A DNA stretch of 53,909 bases, counting the filler, from Squatina squatina (taxonomy: Eukaryota): the NCBI GenBank assembly GCA_031763465.1. It is 4 parts of 4 records of this genome, joined end to end, with 100 filler letters (N's around TTAATTAATTAA, not from the genome) between each part and the next. Parts side by side here need not be neighbours in the genome. Positions count along the whole stretch, not along the records: positions 26,544 to 41,252 come from JARFOE010000115.1; positions 41,353 to 53,909 come from JARFOE010000233.1; 2 more parts are not named here. The stretch is one strand, 5' to 3'. A program made the translations under genes and the position numbers. The notes beneath the pieces are model-generated. The model was not told where the DNA came from. It saw only the letters and a list, made by a program, of their open reading frames with translations, and did no database searches. Shown piece by piece: positions 34,222 to 47,477 of this stretch. Numbering within the stretch: the first letter of the stretch is position 1; every line of letters starts with the position of its first letter.

Positions 34222-36499
34222 CTTAAAAGGCCAAGACCAAGTAAATCATTGAATCACATCTTCACAATAAATAAACTGAATCATTAGCTTGCAATGCAGA
34301 ATGTTGGGAGATAAGGCATCTTCTTTTGTTCAATTATATGGGGTNNNNNNNNNNNNNNNNNNNNNNNNNNNNNNNNNNNNNNNNNNNNNNNNNNNNNNNN
34401 NNNNNNNNNNNNNNNNNNNNNNNNNNNNNNNNNNNNNNNNNNNNCATAACCCAGTGAATAGATTATTTTAAGTGCAATTTTGCTTAAATGTTTAAGGATT
34501 GCAAGTCCATGAGATGTGACTTACATCCGCATAGAAATGTTTTGGCAATTGGCTGTCCATTTTTTTAAAAAATTAGACTCAGGTAGATCTTTTTCCTGCT
34601 TACATTTTTTTATGGAACGTGAATGGCACTTTAGTAAGCTCACCATCTATGCTACCCGTGCCACCATGATTGTCCACTATCAGATATGGTGACAGATAAG
34701 GGGGCGGGGAAGCAACATTGTTGCCACGGAAATTGGGTCTGATTGTGAAGGGGCAGGCACAGCGGCAGCTCCATAAGCTGGAACTCACTTGAAACAGCAT
34801 GTCTGGCAGGGAGCTGGCAGTGCCCATTTTTCACGGGTTCGATAACAACAAGACCTTTTCACTGTAGTTTTGTCGGTATAATTAGGAAACTGTAAGGATA
34901 ATGACTTGCTCTTAACACAATAGCTCTTTGAAGAAGGATTAATCCCATCATAGGTCAACGAGAAAGTCCAATGAATCATGTACTTCTGCTAAATCGATGC
35001 CAGATTTCTGACATTATACCTATAGGCTCCTAATTAAGTAGACGGGGTAATGTATGACATTTCAATATCTATGCAAGGGCCATTTGGTCAACATTTAGGA
35101 AGTATTATGTCCCCACTTAGGACAGCTTGAACTGAATTCTTTTCAGCTCACTGCTAAAATAACTGCTGGCATCTTTCCCAGGCATCATATCCCCAACAGC
35201 ACCTTGTACAACCTTAACCCTTATGACTCCATAAGCAGTTTGACAATAAAGGGCAGGGACAGTAATGCAGAGCTGGAACATTACATCTTCAGTATATTTC
35301 TAGGCTTTAAAGATAGACTTTTCCAATATATCCTTTTGGAATAACTCAGGTCAGTGAACAGCACTTTTACCGAGTAAATTATTTAGTGTAAAAATTGTAT
35401 CCTACCTTGCACGTTGCATCAGATTCAGCCACTATAATCTCACATCTAATTTCCCAGTTCAAATGGATTCTGGAAGCTAAAATCAAAGTCTAACATTCAT
35501 TTATATTTCATATTCTATTTTTCAAGATTTAAATACACACTTGTGGAGTTACACTTGCTGGGGAGTGAAGAGACTCAGGATTATGTGTGGAAGATCGTTT
35601 AGCTTCATCACTGTCTACTGACAGCTAATTCCAACTGACCAGTAATAATATTTACAGTCGTTTACAAACCTGTGAAAATATGTTGATATGGAAAACAGAA
35701 GTTTTGGCTCCAACTCCAGTATTATAATATTGTCTCTTCCTTCATGTTAATACTCACTCAGGAGTAACCTTTACCTTTCTGACATGCAATAATCTTATTG
35801 TCTGTGGCTTTGTTATTTCAGCTCAATATGCAGTGTCCATATCTGCTGGCCAGTCACTGTGTTGTGTTCTTTGTAGCACTTGGTTAATCTAATCAATATT
35901 GATCAAGTCTATTGGTTCAGGATGGTTAGACTGATCAATATTGATCTCATCTTTTGGTGCAGCAATGGTTAGACTGACCAGCACTGTGGCTTCAGCGCAG
36001 TTACTTGCGAGAGCATTCTCTCTAATCAACTTAAGTCAAAAACTCAACCACTTTGAAACTAAGCTGCGCAATAACAGGTACAAATGTTTAGTTCATTCAT
36101 CTCACTACTTCAACAGAGGTGTTAGAAATGGGGGAATAGGAATTTCAGAGGAATGCATTGAGTGTTGGTACTCACAATCCCAAGCAGGTCATCTCGGGGC
36201 CAACATCTTAATCAGTGTATCAGCAACCATTAAAAATTTAATACATTCCAAACCTAAAGATTGATATTGGTAAGATTTATTAAAGCTCCAAGATATGTAG
36301 TAAGCCTAAACAGGAGAGAGGGCGCAATTCTATGAGCTGCGAATTAGATATTGTAGCTTGCTTTGTGCATTTAAAACATATTTTATTTCATTCTTTTCTA
36401 CTTTCGACTACTTATGTATGTGCTACATAAAGTTCAATAGTTAACCAACCTGTATTTACAAAATGAAATGGTATCTCTTTGAGGTCAACAACAATTTTG

Positions 36500-37435
36500 C
36501 ATTATAGAATACTTGTAGTTCAAAAAGAAAATCCCAATGTGTTTCACAGAAGCATAAGAAAAACATTAGATAATGAGTCACAGAAGGCTGTATTAGGAGG
36601 GGGGACCAAAACCTTATTCAAATAGGTAGATTTTAAAGAAGGTTTGAAAATAGGAAAAGGATGTGGGGAGGTGGATGAATATGAGGAGGGAATACTGGAA
36701 CTTTATGCCTAGGTAGCTGAAGATATAGCTGCCATTGGTTTTAAGGGGTGAAGGGAGGGCAGATTTAAAAGATACCAGAGAACAGAAAGTTCAGTGATGG
36801 CATTGTAGGGCTGGAGGAGGTTATAGAGATGGGAAGGGGCAAAGTCATAGAGAGATTTAACGATAAGGATGAGAATTTTAAACTTGAGGCATTAGGGAAT
36901 TGGGAGCCAATGTAGGCTGGCAAGCATAGGGAATTGGTGAACAGACTTTGGATGGGAGGTAGGATACAGAGGGTGAAAGATGGATAATTAACCAGGAATG
37001 CATTGAAATGGTTGATTATGGTAAACAAAGAAAGGGGCTGAGGGTTTCAGCAACAGAGGTAGAGGCAAAGGCAGGTAATGTTACTAAAGTATTAGAGAGG
37101 ACTATGGCTTGAAAATTCAGTTCAAGAGTCGAATAGAACGATGACTTTGCAAACAGTCTGATTCAGCCCAAGATAGTGGATGGGGAAGGGGATGGAGTTA
37201 GTGGCAAAGGTAAGGAGTTTGTGGCGGGGCTGAAGACGATGGCTTTGGTCTTTCCAATGTTTAACTGGAGGAAATTGTGGATCATTCAAAATTGGATGTC
37301 AGATAAATAGCACAGAGGCAGTGAAGGGATCAAGAGAGGTAGAGTTGGGTTCATGTACAAGCATTTTGATGATGTCGCCAATAGGCATTATATAGATGTA
37401 GAGGGGGCTGAGGGTGGATCTTTGGGGGACTAATC
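36500..37435 (-). mobile_element. L2-clade LINE 3' portion, decayed
   Basis: Collinear similarity with the L2 copies at 50240-50550 and 51490-52219 (for example tgtagggctggaggaggtta and ttaactggaggaaatt). Confidence 0.7.
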
Positions 37436-38347
37436 AGTTCTTTTGGCTATTACTATAGTAAGAAAATTTAAACTTTGCAACATACCAGTTTATTTAACTG
37501 CTTTTCACTTTGTTCAGTGCTTACAAGCTGTAACACTATAGGTTTATTGCAACTCAATTTGAAAATAAATAGCTCTGCAGCTGTTGCCTGTAAAACTCAT
37601 ACTGACTTTTTTTTTAAAGTACCTGTCATGCCTGAACTGAGCTGATGTTGGTGTGATCAGGCATCTGATCATAACTTGTGGTACATGGCATCACCTGACT
37701 CGCTGTTTTACCTGAAGATTTACCTGGCAGTGATTACAATATCTCAAATCAACTAATTCAGTCCATATTTCAGATTTTCACACCATCAATTTTGGAAAAT
37801 GTTTAACAACACAAACATTGTTTGAGGTGATTTCAGCAGTACAGAGCTTTCGTTGCTAGCCGACTGCAAGATGTTTAGCAAGATATGTGAACAGTGTACC
37901 ATCCTTTCATTTCTGTGTTCTTGACTGTTAAAAGAAACAGCTTGTACTACAGCTGTCAAAATAAGCACAAACAGTGTGAAATTAGATGGGATATCCTGCA
38001 GCTGAAAACAAGCAAATCTATCCCTAATAACAACTTTTACATCTCCAGCAGTCTAGTTAAGAGTTAGATTGGGGTTTTTCAATGTTTAGTACATTCCAGA
38101 TTTTAAACTGCATCACTGACATAACACCATAATATTTTAGTTCCTTGTTTTCCTTTGGAAAAATGCGGCAACTTTCACTAAGCCTTCATGCTGCTCTCTG
38201 CAGTGTTTAGAATGTACTTACAATACACAGCCTTTCAATAGTATTTACAATTCATTGTACATAAACGATTATATTGGGTGATGAGCAGTGGTTTACATAC
38301 AGCCAAGGAGACTGGTTCTGGTTAAAGTTGTTGACTTTTAATAATAC

Positions 38348-38660
38348 CATAAGAAATAGGAGCAGGAGTAGGCCATCCGGCCTCTCGAGCAGGTTACCGA
38401 TGCTGTGGTGCTACAGCTTTGCGGACTTCCATGACCAAGTGGTTTGGAGCAACCGAACATATAAAAAAAGGGGCAGGAATAGACCAAATGGCCCATCCAC
38501 TAAATCCTATCTACAGATGTGATGCAGCCAAAGTACACCATTATTCCAACCCCTCGCCCCCTCAGTTCATGCAATCTCCTAGGGGCCAAAAACTCTCAGA
38601 GAAAAAGTGTAGGCCAGTTTAGGGGTGGAAAAAATCTCTGGCAATTTCCTCTCTGACCCA
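38348..38660 (-). mobile_element. CR1/SINE 3'-tail fragments
   Basis: cataagaaataggagcaggagtaggccatccggcctctcgagc and a second related tail are typical reverse-complemented CR1-type 3' ends. Confidence 0.5.
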
Positions 38661-39382
38661 CAAACCTGGGGGTGACTTTCAGTAACTGATAAAGACGAGT
38701 GACTTCTGGTCCCCACCTAACTGCTTCCTCCTCGCGGCAGTGTTTCTGTGGGATTTTCGGCTGCCCCTTCCGACACTGTCACAACACCCACCCACTTTCC
38801 TGGGTCAGGGTTGATCCAGTACGCACAGCGGTGCTCCCGACAGGATTCTTTGCCACCAAGTGGAAGCCTTCCATTGCCTCCCTCACCCTGCAAGATTCCT
38901 GCAGTGCTGCAGCGGGTCTACCATTGCACCACCAGAAAAAGTGGCCGGGCAATGTAAGGGGCAGAAGCACCCCACGGATTGGAACATCAGCTGCCTTGTT
39001 GGCCTTGGCAGAGATTGAAAAAGAAGAAANNNNNNNNNNNNNNNNNNNNNNNNNNNNNNNNNNNNNNNNNNNNNNNNNNNNNNNNNNNNNNNNNNNNNNN
39101 NNNNNNNNNNNNNNNNNNNNNNNNNNNNNGAAAGGTGACAGTATAACTGCAGCCTAAATTTCTTCACTATTGCATTACTTTGTTATCTGAACTTGAATGT
39201 GGTGCCAGGTATGAATTTGTTGCATATTACTATAGCTATAGATAAATGCAACAGAAGGCAAATGTGAATTGGGCTTGTCAGCCATTGTTACATCTTCATT
39301 CTTACTTTCACAGATACAACCTTGAATTCCAAAGGAAAAAGGGTGCATATCTATAAATGTAATCTTATCTGACCATTCTTAC

Positions 39383-39482
39383 CAGGGACAATATGACACA
39401 GTCCTCTCCTGTCAGAGTAATAATGTAGTAGCATTGAACCGTCTTCGTTTTTTTCCACCCTGAAGGATGGCGCATTCATCTC
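39383..39482 (-). CDS. GUCY1B2: GUCY1B2 H-NOX-domain exon with YxSxR heme motif
   Basis: gcag|GAG...G|gtaag boundaries, 100 nt. Reads EMNAPSFRVEKNEDGSMLLHYYSDRRGLCHIVPG. Too short for the ORF track. Confidence 0.95.
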
Positions 39483-40582
39483 CTGCATAATATGAATGAA
39501 ATACTAAAATTGAAACTTTTTGGATTGCATTGATTAATGTAATTCCATGATCAGTACTCCAACATCATACTCACTAATGATAGTGATTTAGCTCTTTAAA
39601 TAGCTTTTGGATGGTTTACAAACCAAGACCTTTTTATTCAAAAAATGTGATGGTGTTCTCATTTTTGGATAANNNNNNNNNNNNNNNNNNNNNNNNNNNN
39701 NNNNNNNNNNNNNNNNNNNNNNNNNNNNNNNNNNNNNNNNNNNNNNNNNNNNNNNNNNNNNNNNNNNNNNNNCTGCCCTGCTTAGGAGCCTACAAACCAA
39801 GCGACTGAGCAACCACCCACACAGGTTTTTTTGTCTACTATGTAATGCATACACTTTCCTAAGAGGGACACATCCCACTTAAACAGGTCTAGAGAGCTTA
39901 GATGTTAGTTGGAAAGAGGTGTGAGTTGGGAACTCCCAAATGTGCACAGGGGTCCTGTTGTAATTTTATCAAGGTAAAATTACCAGCTAAAAACATATAG
40001 CTTATCAGTACAGAGCACTAGTAAGCTTCACACTGTTTGTTCAGACAGCATCACCCTAACCATTGGAGTTTTAGATTACAGGATTTTCTGTAGGCAAATG
40101 TGAAGAAACCCAGCCTGTTAGTGGCAGGTCTTTCCCANNNNNNNNNNCCAGTAGCATTTGTGAGCCAGACTGAGTGCTTAATCACTACCCGTGCACCAGA
40201 ATACACAGAGCCTACCTTGCTCATGTGTCAAATCGTTGAGTCTGCAATAGGGTGTTTACTTGGTTCCAAACTTCACTTGGCCAGCATATCATCTTGGAGC
40301 TCACTCACCCCCAACCCCCTAGAGGAAACTAGCACACATAAGCTATAGTGTAACAATTATGAGTACAGTAAATAAGCAATATTTGTCTTTTGTGTGAAGT
40401 CCTAATATGAAAATTAAATATTGTTAGTAATAGTTCAAGACTTTTGTGTTGAACAAAAAGTTAAACCAGCAGCATTATATTGGTTGTTAAAATTCTTGTA
40501 CATTGGTCTATTTAATAAATATACAAACTTCTATTGTATTCAACTGACCCTAAAGTTCCCCAGATAACTGTTTTAAACTTAC

Positions 40583-40743
40583 CTGATAGGACAATGAAAG
40601 GTAACTGTGTAATGCATCAAGATTCTCGATGAACTCCATCAGGTTACCTCCCAGAGTACGGAGCATGTGATCATATCCAGCTCTTTTGCAAAACTCAAAA
40701 AAATACTCTCCAAATTGTTTCAGCACTACATCTGGCTCCACAC
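40583..40743 (-). CDS. GUCY1B2: GUCY1B2 H-NOX-domain exon with heme-ligating His
   Basis: ccag|GT...CAG|gtaag boundaries, 161 nt. Reads VEPDVVLKQFGEYFFEFCKRAGYDHMLRTLGGNLMEFIENLDALHSYLSLSYQ, which is beta-2-type rather than beta-1 (LDALHDHL). Confidence 0.95.
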
Positions 40744-40849
40744 CTGGAGGTCACAATAAAAAAAGTTAACTGGATAAAACAATAATAGACTTTCAGCAAC
40801 AAGATGCATTTATATAGTGATGTTAATGCAGAAATGTCCCATAGCACTT

Positions 40850-41100
40850 AAAAGGGGGAGGGAGAAGGAAAATAAATAAAATAAAGGAACAGATCCCAAA
40901 CCATGGTGGGAGAGTTTAGAGAGGAAACTGAAAGCTTCGAAAAACTGGAGAGAGGTGGAAAGGCAGAGAAGTTCAAGAAGGGGGTGTAATAAAGTAGGGA
41001 TGAGGTGGCTGGGGACATTGGCACCAATTGTAGCATGAAAAGAGAGTACAAAAGGGTGCATGAAAGGCCAAAGTCAGAGGACAATGTACAAATGAGGAAC
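40850..41100 (-). mobile_element. Probable LINE ORF2 fragment (L2-like)
   Basis: Purine-rich plus strand and a degenerate Ser/Leu/Phe-rich minus-strand translation like L2 ORF2 linker regions. No diagnostic motif. Confidence 0.35.
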
Positions 41101-41252
41101 GAGTGTATTTTGCTTGTTACATATTCAAATAGCATTAATATTTATTTAATGACTATAATTCTTAAGTTATTCTTCACTGCAAGTGTTTTTTTACTAAATA
41201 TAATGGACCATAACATACTGTGGCAAGGTATTTAGTGGCATTTGTCATTAGA

Positions 41253-41352
41253 NNNNNNNNNNNNNNNNNNNNNNNNNNNNNNNNNNNNNNNNNNNNTTAA
41301 TTAATTAANNNNNNNNNNNNNNNNNNNNNNNNNNNNNNNNNNNNNNNNNNNN
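41253..41352. other. Artificial scaffold linker N44-TTAATTAATTAA-N44
   Basis: Same construct as 13891-13990. Confidence 0.97.
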
Positions 41353-44308
41353 TCTCAAAGCCCAGGCAAACCGTGTGAACTAATAGGCCCAATATAAGCG
41401 GTGTGGACTGTATCTGTTTTTCTGGAATAGATTTCAGAACAAGGTATTAGCACATAATTCAGAGATGAAGCAATAATCTCAGCTGTATGACAAAGATCAT
41501 TCCCAAAGAGTATGCTTAATCCCATAAACATGTCTTCTACACTATAAAGTCACAGGCATGTGTTTGCTACATCTCCCAGGGCAATAAGTAGCACAGGAGA
41601 TTGGCTAATAACAAACTAAAAGGATATTGATGCCAACTATAAGAGCCAATGAAAAATATTAAATGCCTCTCTGTTTCAAAGTAGATTATGTGTAATTTTG
41701 ATGACTCAATGGGTAAATGCTCACAGGCACCTAAGTAACTGTTCTTCATATGTGAACTTAGGCAACAAGTAGAAGTTTATTAAAATCAGATGGCAAGAAA
41801 TTATTATGCAATGCAGTACAATTTTGCTGCTTTGTAATGCATGATTAAAGAATAGAATTTGGCATCATATTATGTTTCTCTCATTAAAATAGAAACATAT
41901 AAAATTGTCCCTGTGTAATGTACCTGCACCAGTTTTACAATATGCTTTCGTACAGTAAGCTTTAAAAACAGGTTTAATGCCTGGGGCCTGGCAATAACTG
42001 AAATCCCAAGCTAAGAATAAGGACTAAATGAGCTTTAATCAGTTTGCTCTTGCCACCAGTTAAGATGATCCAACAAGTGACATCTTAACTCGTGGCAAGG
42101 GGGGGGGGAAGCTAATTAAATTGCCGTGATTTCAACTGACAGATCTAAGCTTTAGCTAGCTCCAGGGCTCCAAACCATAACAGAACAATTAATTGGGGAT
42201 TTACATCTTTGTTTTGAGTCCAAGGGTTCCAAAGAGATAAGCCCTTCACCTTGATTAAATAGTTACCTGAAATGTTGGTAATTTGTAAAAATGTGACTGC
42301 ATTTAGGTTACTGCTGTTGAATAACACCTACTTTATACAAATAGTTTTTGGAGCAATCCTGAATAAAACTGATTATTTAATGCAGGCGTTGCTGTGCTCT
42401 CATTGTTCTCACTTTCATTCAAAATTATATTGTAATATATTGAGTCATTAAAGTAACCAAAGATTGCTTTTTACATAAAGTAGATTTAATGGTAGTAATT
42501 ACCTCTTTTATTTTGGTTACCACTATCAAATATTGTTATATTCTGGTCTGGAGGGTTGACTTTAACTCCTTGCGTCTGGTGGAAACCAGGCTGGGGAAGG
42601 GTGGGGTGCACAGTTAAAATGGAGCAGGGGATTTACCCACTCCTTCCCCAGATCAATTGGGATGATTGCAATTTTAAATTGCAGGAAGCAAGGACACTTG
42701 CCACCAGNNNNNNNNNNNNNNNNNNNNNNNNNNNNNNNNNNNNNNNNNNNNNNNNNNNNNNNNNNNNNNNNNNNNNNNNNNNNNNNNNNNNNNNNNNNNN
42801 NNNNNNNAAAGACACAATCCTCCCTTGTAATAGTACACGCTCCAGGTTGCTTTTAAATATTAATTAAAAGTAAAATCTGAAGTAGATTGCTTCAAGTTTT
42901 ATTTTGTTGTGATTCTAACCTCTTTCTGTCCATCATCCCCCAATGTATTGCTTGAAAAAATAATTCCACTCCTGTGTGTTTGCCTACATTACAATAGTGA
43001 CTATTTTTCAAAAAAAAACTATTGGTTGTGAAGTCCTTTGGAGCTTTCTGAAGTTGTGAAAAGAGCAATTTAAATGCAAATTCTTCCTTCTTTCATTGAC
43101 TGAATGCTGATGTGTGCCTGCAGGTGTATGTTTACTGTATTGTGATTGTAAGGCTGTTGACTCTTTAAGATACATCAAGCATCCAGCAGTTTTGTGTTGG
43201 TTTGCTCCTGCTCTGCTTTGTGTAATATAGTAATTCTGCCATGGACTATTTAAAAGCACTGTCTGTAGAAGTAAAAGACACTGCTCCTCAGCCAGCTGAG
43301 ATCAGCAAAAAGGTAAAGTGTGGCCATTTATTTTCAAATAAATATTTATGATGTCAGGTATTTAACCTTGGTTTAATGGTAAGAAAAATTTTCGGTAAAA
43401 ACTGCTGTTCAATACGTGAAAACCTTTAATTCAGCTATAATCATTTTCTGAGGTGCTTTTCTCTAATGTTCTGGGAACTATGATGCAACTGCTGTGTAGA
43501 GTGAATCATTATGGTGTTTAGCAATGGCAAATTCTTGGAATAAATACAATGCATTAGCAAGGAATCTGCAGAGCAATAGAACATCGTTTTTTTTAATACA
43601 TATAATTGCAAATGAGCTATCCAAGACTAGCCTGGGAGGTGCAATAAAGAATGGGTCCAGCCTGTCTATCTCTACGTCTCTCAATCTGTCTTCCTTTTGT
43701 TACAATTCTGCCTGTTGCCTAACATTTTTATGGCAAATGTTAAAATAATTTTTTTTTTCAAATGCCAGAATCCATTAGCTTCAATCAATAATGCACAAAC
43801 ATTTAAACTAGTTGCTGAGAGGATCTGCAGATGGGGACAGGCTGGTCCTGATCAACTTGGAACTGCTCTCAAGAGCAGCCCAAGAATTGTACTGAAGTAT
43901 TGATCCATTTTGGGGAATTGCTAGACAGTTCAAAGAAAAGCATCAAGATGCATTGTCTGAATATCCACAGCCTTTCTGGAGCTCTCATAGGTGGAAGGGC
44001 AGGATCTAGATCCTATTGGCTCGGGCATTATCCAACAATTTCCATAGGGCCTGGTTTGGGGTAGAACCCGTGTACACACCAAACAAAACCAGCAGCATTT
44101 GTGTGCATAAATACATCAGAACTGCTAATAAATAAATGTACTATTCTCTCACATTCTGTTAAATATCGTTAACAAAAAAAACTCTGCTTCATCATTGAAA
44201 CATAATCTTTATCTTTCATTCTTTCTATTTTGGATGAATTATTTAATAGGGTACAACAGCTTTATAGCTCTATTACATTTAATAATAGATAAATATTAGG
44301 AAACGTAC

Positions 44309-44415
44309 TTTACCAAAGTGCTGGATAACACTTTTTGTTGCAGCCTCATGGGAACTGCTTTCATTCAGGTCAAGTAGCAGAACAAGAATATCCTTTTCTT
44401 GTAGCTTGCTATGAT
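44309..44415 (-). CDS. DHRS7: Dehydrogenase/reductase SDR family member 7, internal exon
   Basis: tttgtag|AT...AAA|gtacg boundaries, 107 nt. Reads HSKLQEKDILVLLLDLNESSSHEAATKSVIQHFGK versus human DHRS7 NGNLKEKDILVLPLDLTDTGSHEAATKAVLQEFGR. Not in the ORF track. Confidence 0.9.
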
Positions 44416-47400
44416 CTACAAAATGAGACACACACACTCACAGAAGGGAATATTCAACTAAAATAAGTTGTTTCTCATCTATTTCTTTTGGTTTGCAATT
44501 TTTACTATGTCTTATTAAAAGAAGAAAAAAATCAGCTAAACCATGGCTATTAACAAGTTTAGTTGAAGTACAATTATAGCAAAATGGGGCAAATTCTGTA
44601 ACTTGGAAATGTGAAAAATAAAGGCAAAATCAACAAAAAAATCTCTCATTTGTCTATTTGGAATTTTAAGGCATTCCTGGTGAAAAGTGGAAATATTACT
44701 TTTCACTGTCAGATCTATNNNNNNNNNNNNNNNNNNNNNNNNNNNNNNNNNNNNNNNNNNNNNNNNNNNNNNNNNNNNNNNNNNNNNNNNNNNNNNNNNN
44801 NNNNNNNNNNNNNNNNNNGGACATAAAACTGATGGTATCAGATCAGCCGTCAGCTATATACCCCCACCTGATTTTTTTTCTTTCTATTGAAGTCATTGGA
44901 AAGGAAAATTGGGCAAGGTATATAGCAGGCATCTAATTGTATCGCTGGTGTTACACATCCCACCAATATTGAAAGTGCTGCCCAAGATATCTTTTGCTTA
45001 TGGACAGGTCCCCAACTCCAGGAAATGTTGATCTTGACACATTTTTAACCAAACAACACATCCTGGAAAAGTTACAGATATTTAAAATATGAAAATAATG
45101 CAACCCCTTGTTAGACTAGATACATGTCTACATTTACATAGATATGCCAGCTCTAATTACTACATAAGAAGCTACTAAAGAGCATTGGATTGGTAACATT
45201 ATCAACCTGTATTTGACTTGTTCTTAAATTTAGAAATCTTTCATTTACTATTTATCCAGTAAAGCCAAACATTATTTATTTTACTTTTGGAGAATTGATA
45301 ACAATCCCATTGGCTTCTAGCCATTCAATCAATGCATCCAAGTTGTCTTATCTGATAAATCACTGATGCATTCAAACATTGTAGAATTGACATAGTTCTA
45401 TACTTGCCGATCAAATTTCAGATTGTTAATTATAACCAGAAGCAAAAGAGGCCAGTGCTGAGTTCCCCAAAGTGCATGACCCTGATTCATTGCCCAATTT
45501 GGAAAAGTTGCAACAACTGCAACCTTTTGATTCCTGGTCATAAAAAGGCACTTAACAATTCACAAGGGTGGGATGGATACCATAAAACTTCTGAGCTTAG
45601 CTCCAGGATGTGGCAGTCGACTCCATAAAGATCATATATAGAAAGACCAACAGACTCTCAGTTGATCTGAAGTTGCAGAGTAGCCATCTTGGTAATGGGG
45701 AGTTTGCCAGAAGTACCATTAGTAACATTATCACAGAGTTTCAAAATTATAAATTGTGATATTTACAAACATAAGTGTGCACTGTTAAAGTGATTGAGGT
45801 GGGCCGCAAAGTGTTCCTTTTAAATTCAGCAACCAAAGCAATCTATTTATTTATTATTTAATAACCATCAATAGCAATAACTTCCATTTCTATAGGACCT
45901 TTAATGTAAGAAACTTCACAAGATGCTTGTTATGAACTTGGGTTTACTGTAGGTACCTTCTCTAGTTCAGTGGTGTCAGTCACTTCTGTAAGCAGCTTGA
46001 ATATTTTTTGGGACTTGACTCGTGCTGTCCTCTTATCTACTTTTACAATGAAACAATGGAACTCTTTTGTGACCCTGAACCAGATATCTAGGAATTATGC
46101 TTATTTATTTCAGAAATTTTTCCAAAGGCATACTGAGTTAACATGTTAGATGAGACAAGGCTTAGTTTGAATCTTTAAGCTGCTTTGNNNNNNNNNNNNN
46201 NNNNNNNNNNNNNNNNNNNNNNNNNNNNNNNNNNNNNNNNNNNNNNNNNNNNNNNNNNNNNNNNNNNNNNNNNNNNNNNNNNNNNNNCTTTCCACAGTTT
46301 AACTTCAGTCCCATTTCTGGCATGGGAAAATGATGAATCAATTGATCAATTAATGGATCAATAACTCTGTTTTGACATTCTGCATTAAGAAGTAACTAAT
46401 TGGCCGATGCTAAATGCTTTTTAAAACATATCCTGGAAATCAATAATGCAGTAACTGCATTTTAAACAGGAGAATGCACACAACCACCAGGAAGGAGATG
46501 GACTGTTATAACCTTTGAAGAGTACACAATGGTACAAGCAAGGCAGGCCACAATTTGTGCTTTCATTTACGGCTTTACCTTTATGATTATCTTATACATT
46601 TTTTAACTACCTAAATAAGTAATTTTATTAAATCCTTAATTAAGCAATTTGGTTCACCCTAATGCAATATTGGTCAAAGTTAGTCAACCTACAAACACTT
46701 CTTCAATATTTAAATATTTCAATATACAAAATGTTTGTTGTATTTTCCTGAGCTAAAAGTCATGCAACATTAAAACCAACAGTATAGGGATAATTAGCCA
46801 CCAATGGATGGTTACCAAAATTAGATACCAGTTTCTGCCTTTACTACAAAATTGTTTAAAATTGTGGAGAATATAACGCTGAGACATTTTGCAAAATTTT
46901 TATGAAAGCACAATGTGATGTTATACTCCAAAAGGTAGTGTATTTAGCACTTAATTTTCAAATGCCTTTTTGCAGTTGATTGGCGTTGGTTCTCTTTTGG
47001 AGCCCAGGAAACCCAGGAGAACGGGTCTTTAACTGCAAGACTCCTTTAAATTTTTTTTCTGTCAATTTCCTGCCCGAAGACATTCCTGATTCAGACTGGA
47101 GACCTGTCAGGCAGGAACCCTTCAGCACAATGCCACATCTGAGGAGATCTAGTTATTAGAGTCATTGGGAGGAGGGAGGTTTCAAACACAAGGGTTACCC
47201 ATCGTGGGGGGAGGGGGCGATGGTGGTTGGGGGAGTAGATTGTGGTCGGAGGCGACTCTGATGGTGGTCGGGGGGAGCAGATGGTGTTCAAGGGGGGAGT
47301 NNNNNNNNNNNNNNNNNNNNNNNNNNNNNNNNNNNNNNNNNNNNNNNNNNNNNNNNNNNNNNNNNNNNNNNNNNNNNNNNNNNNNNNNNNNNNNNNNNNN

Positions 47401-47477
47401 GCTGGAAAAACTCAGCAGGTCAGGCAGCATCTGTGGAGCGAAAAACAGAGTCAACGTTTCGGGTCGATGACCCTTCG
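47401..47477 (-). mobile_element. Penelope-like element terminus with partial hammerhead motif
   Basis: gctggaaaaactcagcaggtcaggcagcatctgtggagcgaaaaacagagtcaacgtttcgggtcgatgacccttcg. Confidence 0.65.

Noticed and set aside
37786-37952. Candidate missing GUCY1B2 exon (AVVQAVS...) after the IVPG exon
   Set aside because: Only the first few residues resemble IIEAVA. The expected downstream H-NOX residues are absent.
13991-44415. A functional gene cluster linking SPTBN5, GUCY1B2 and DHRS7
   Set aside because: The genes are separated by synthetic linkers, so their adjacency is an artefact.
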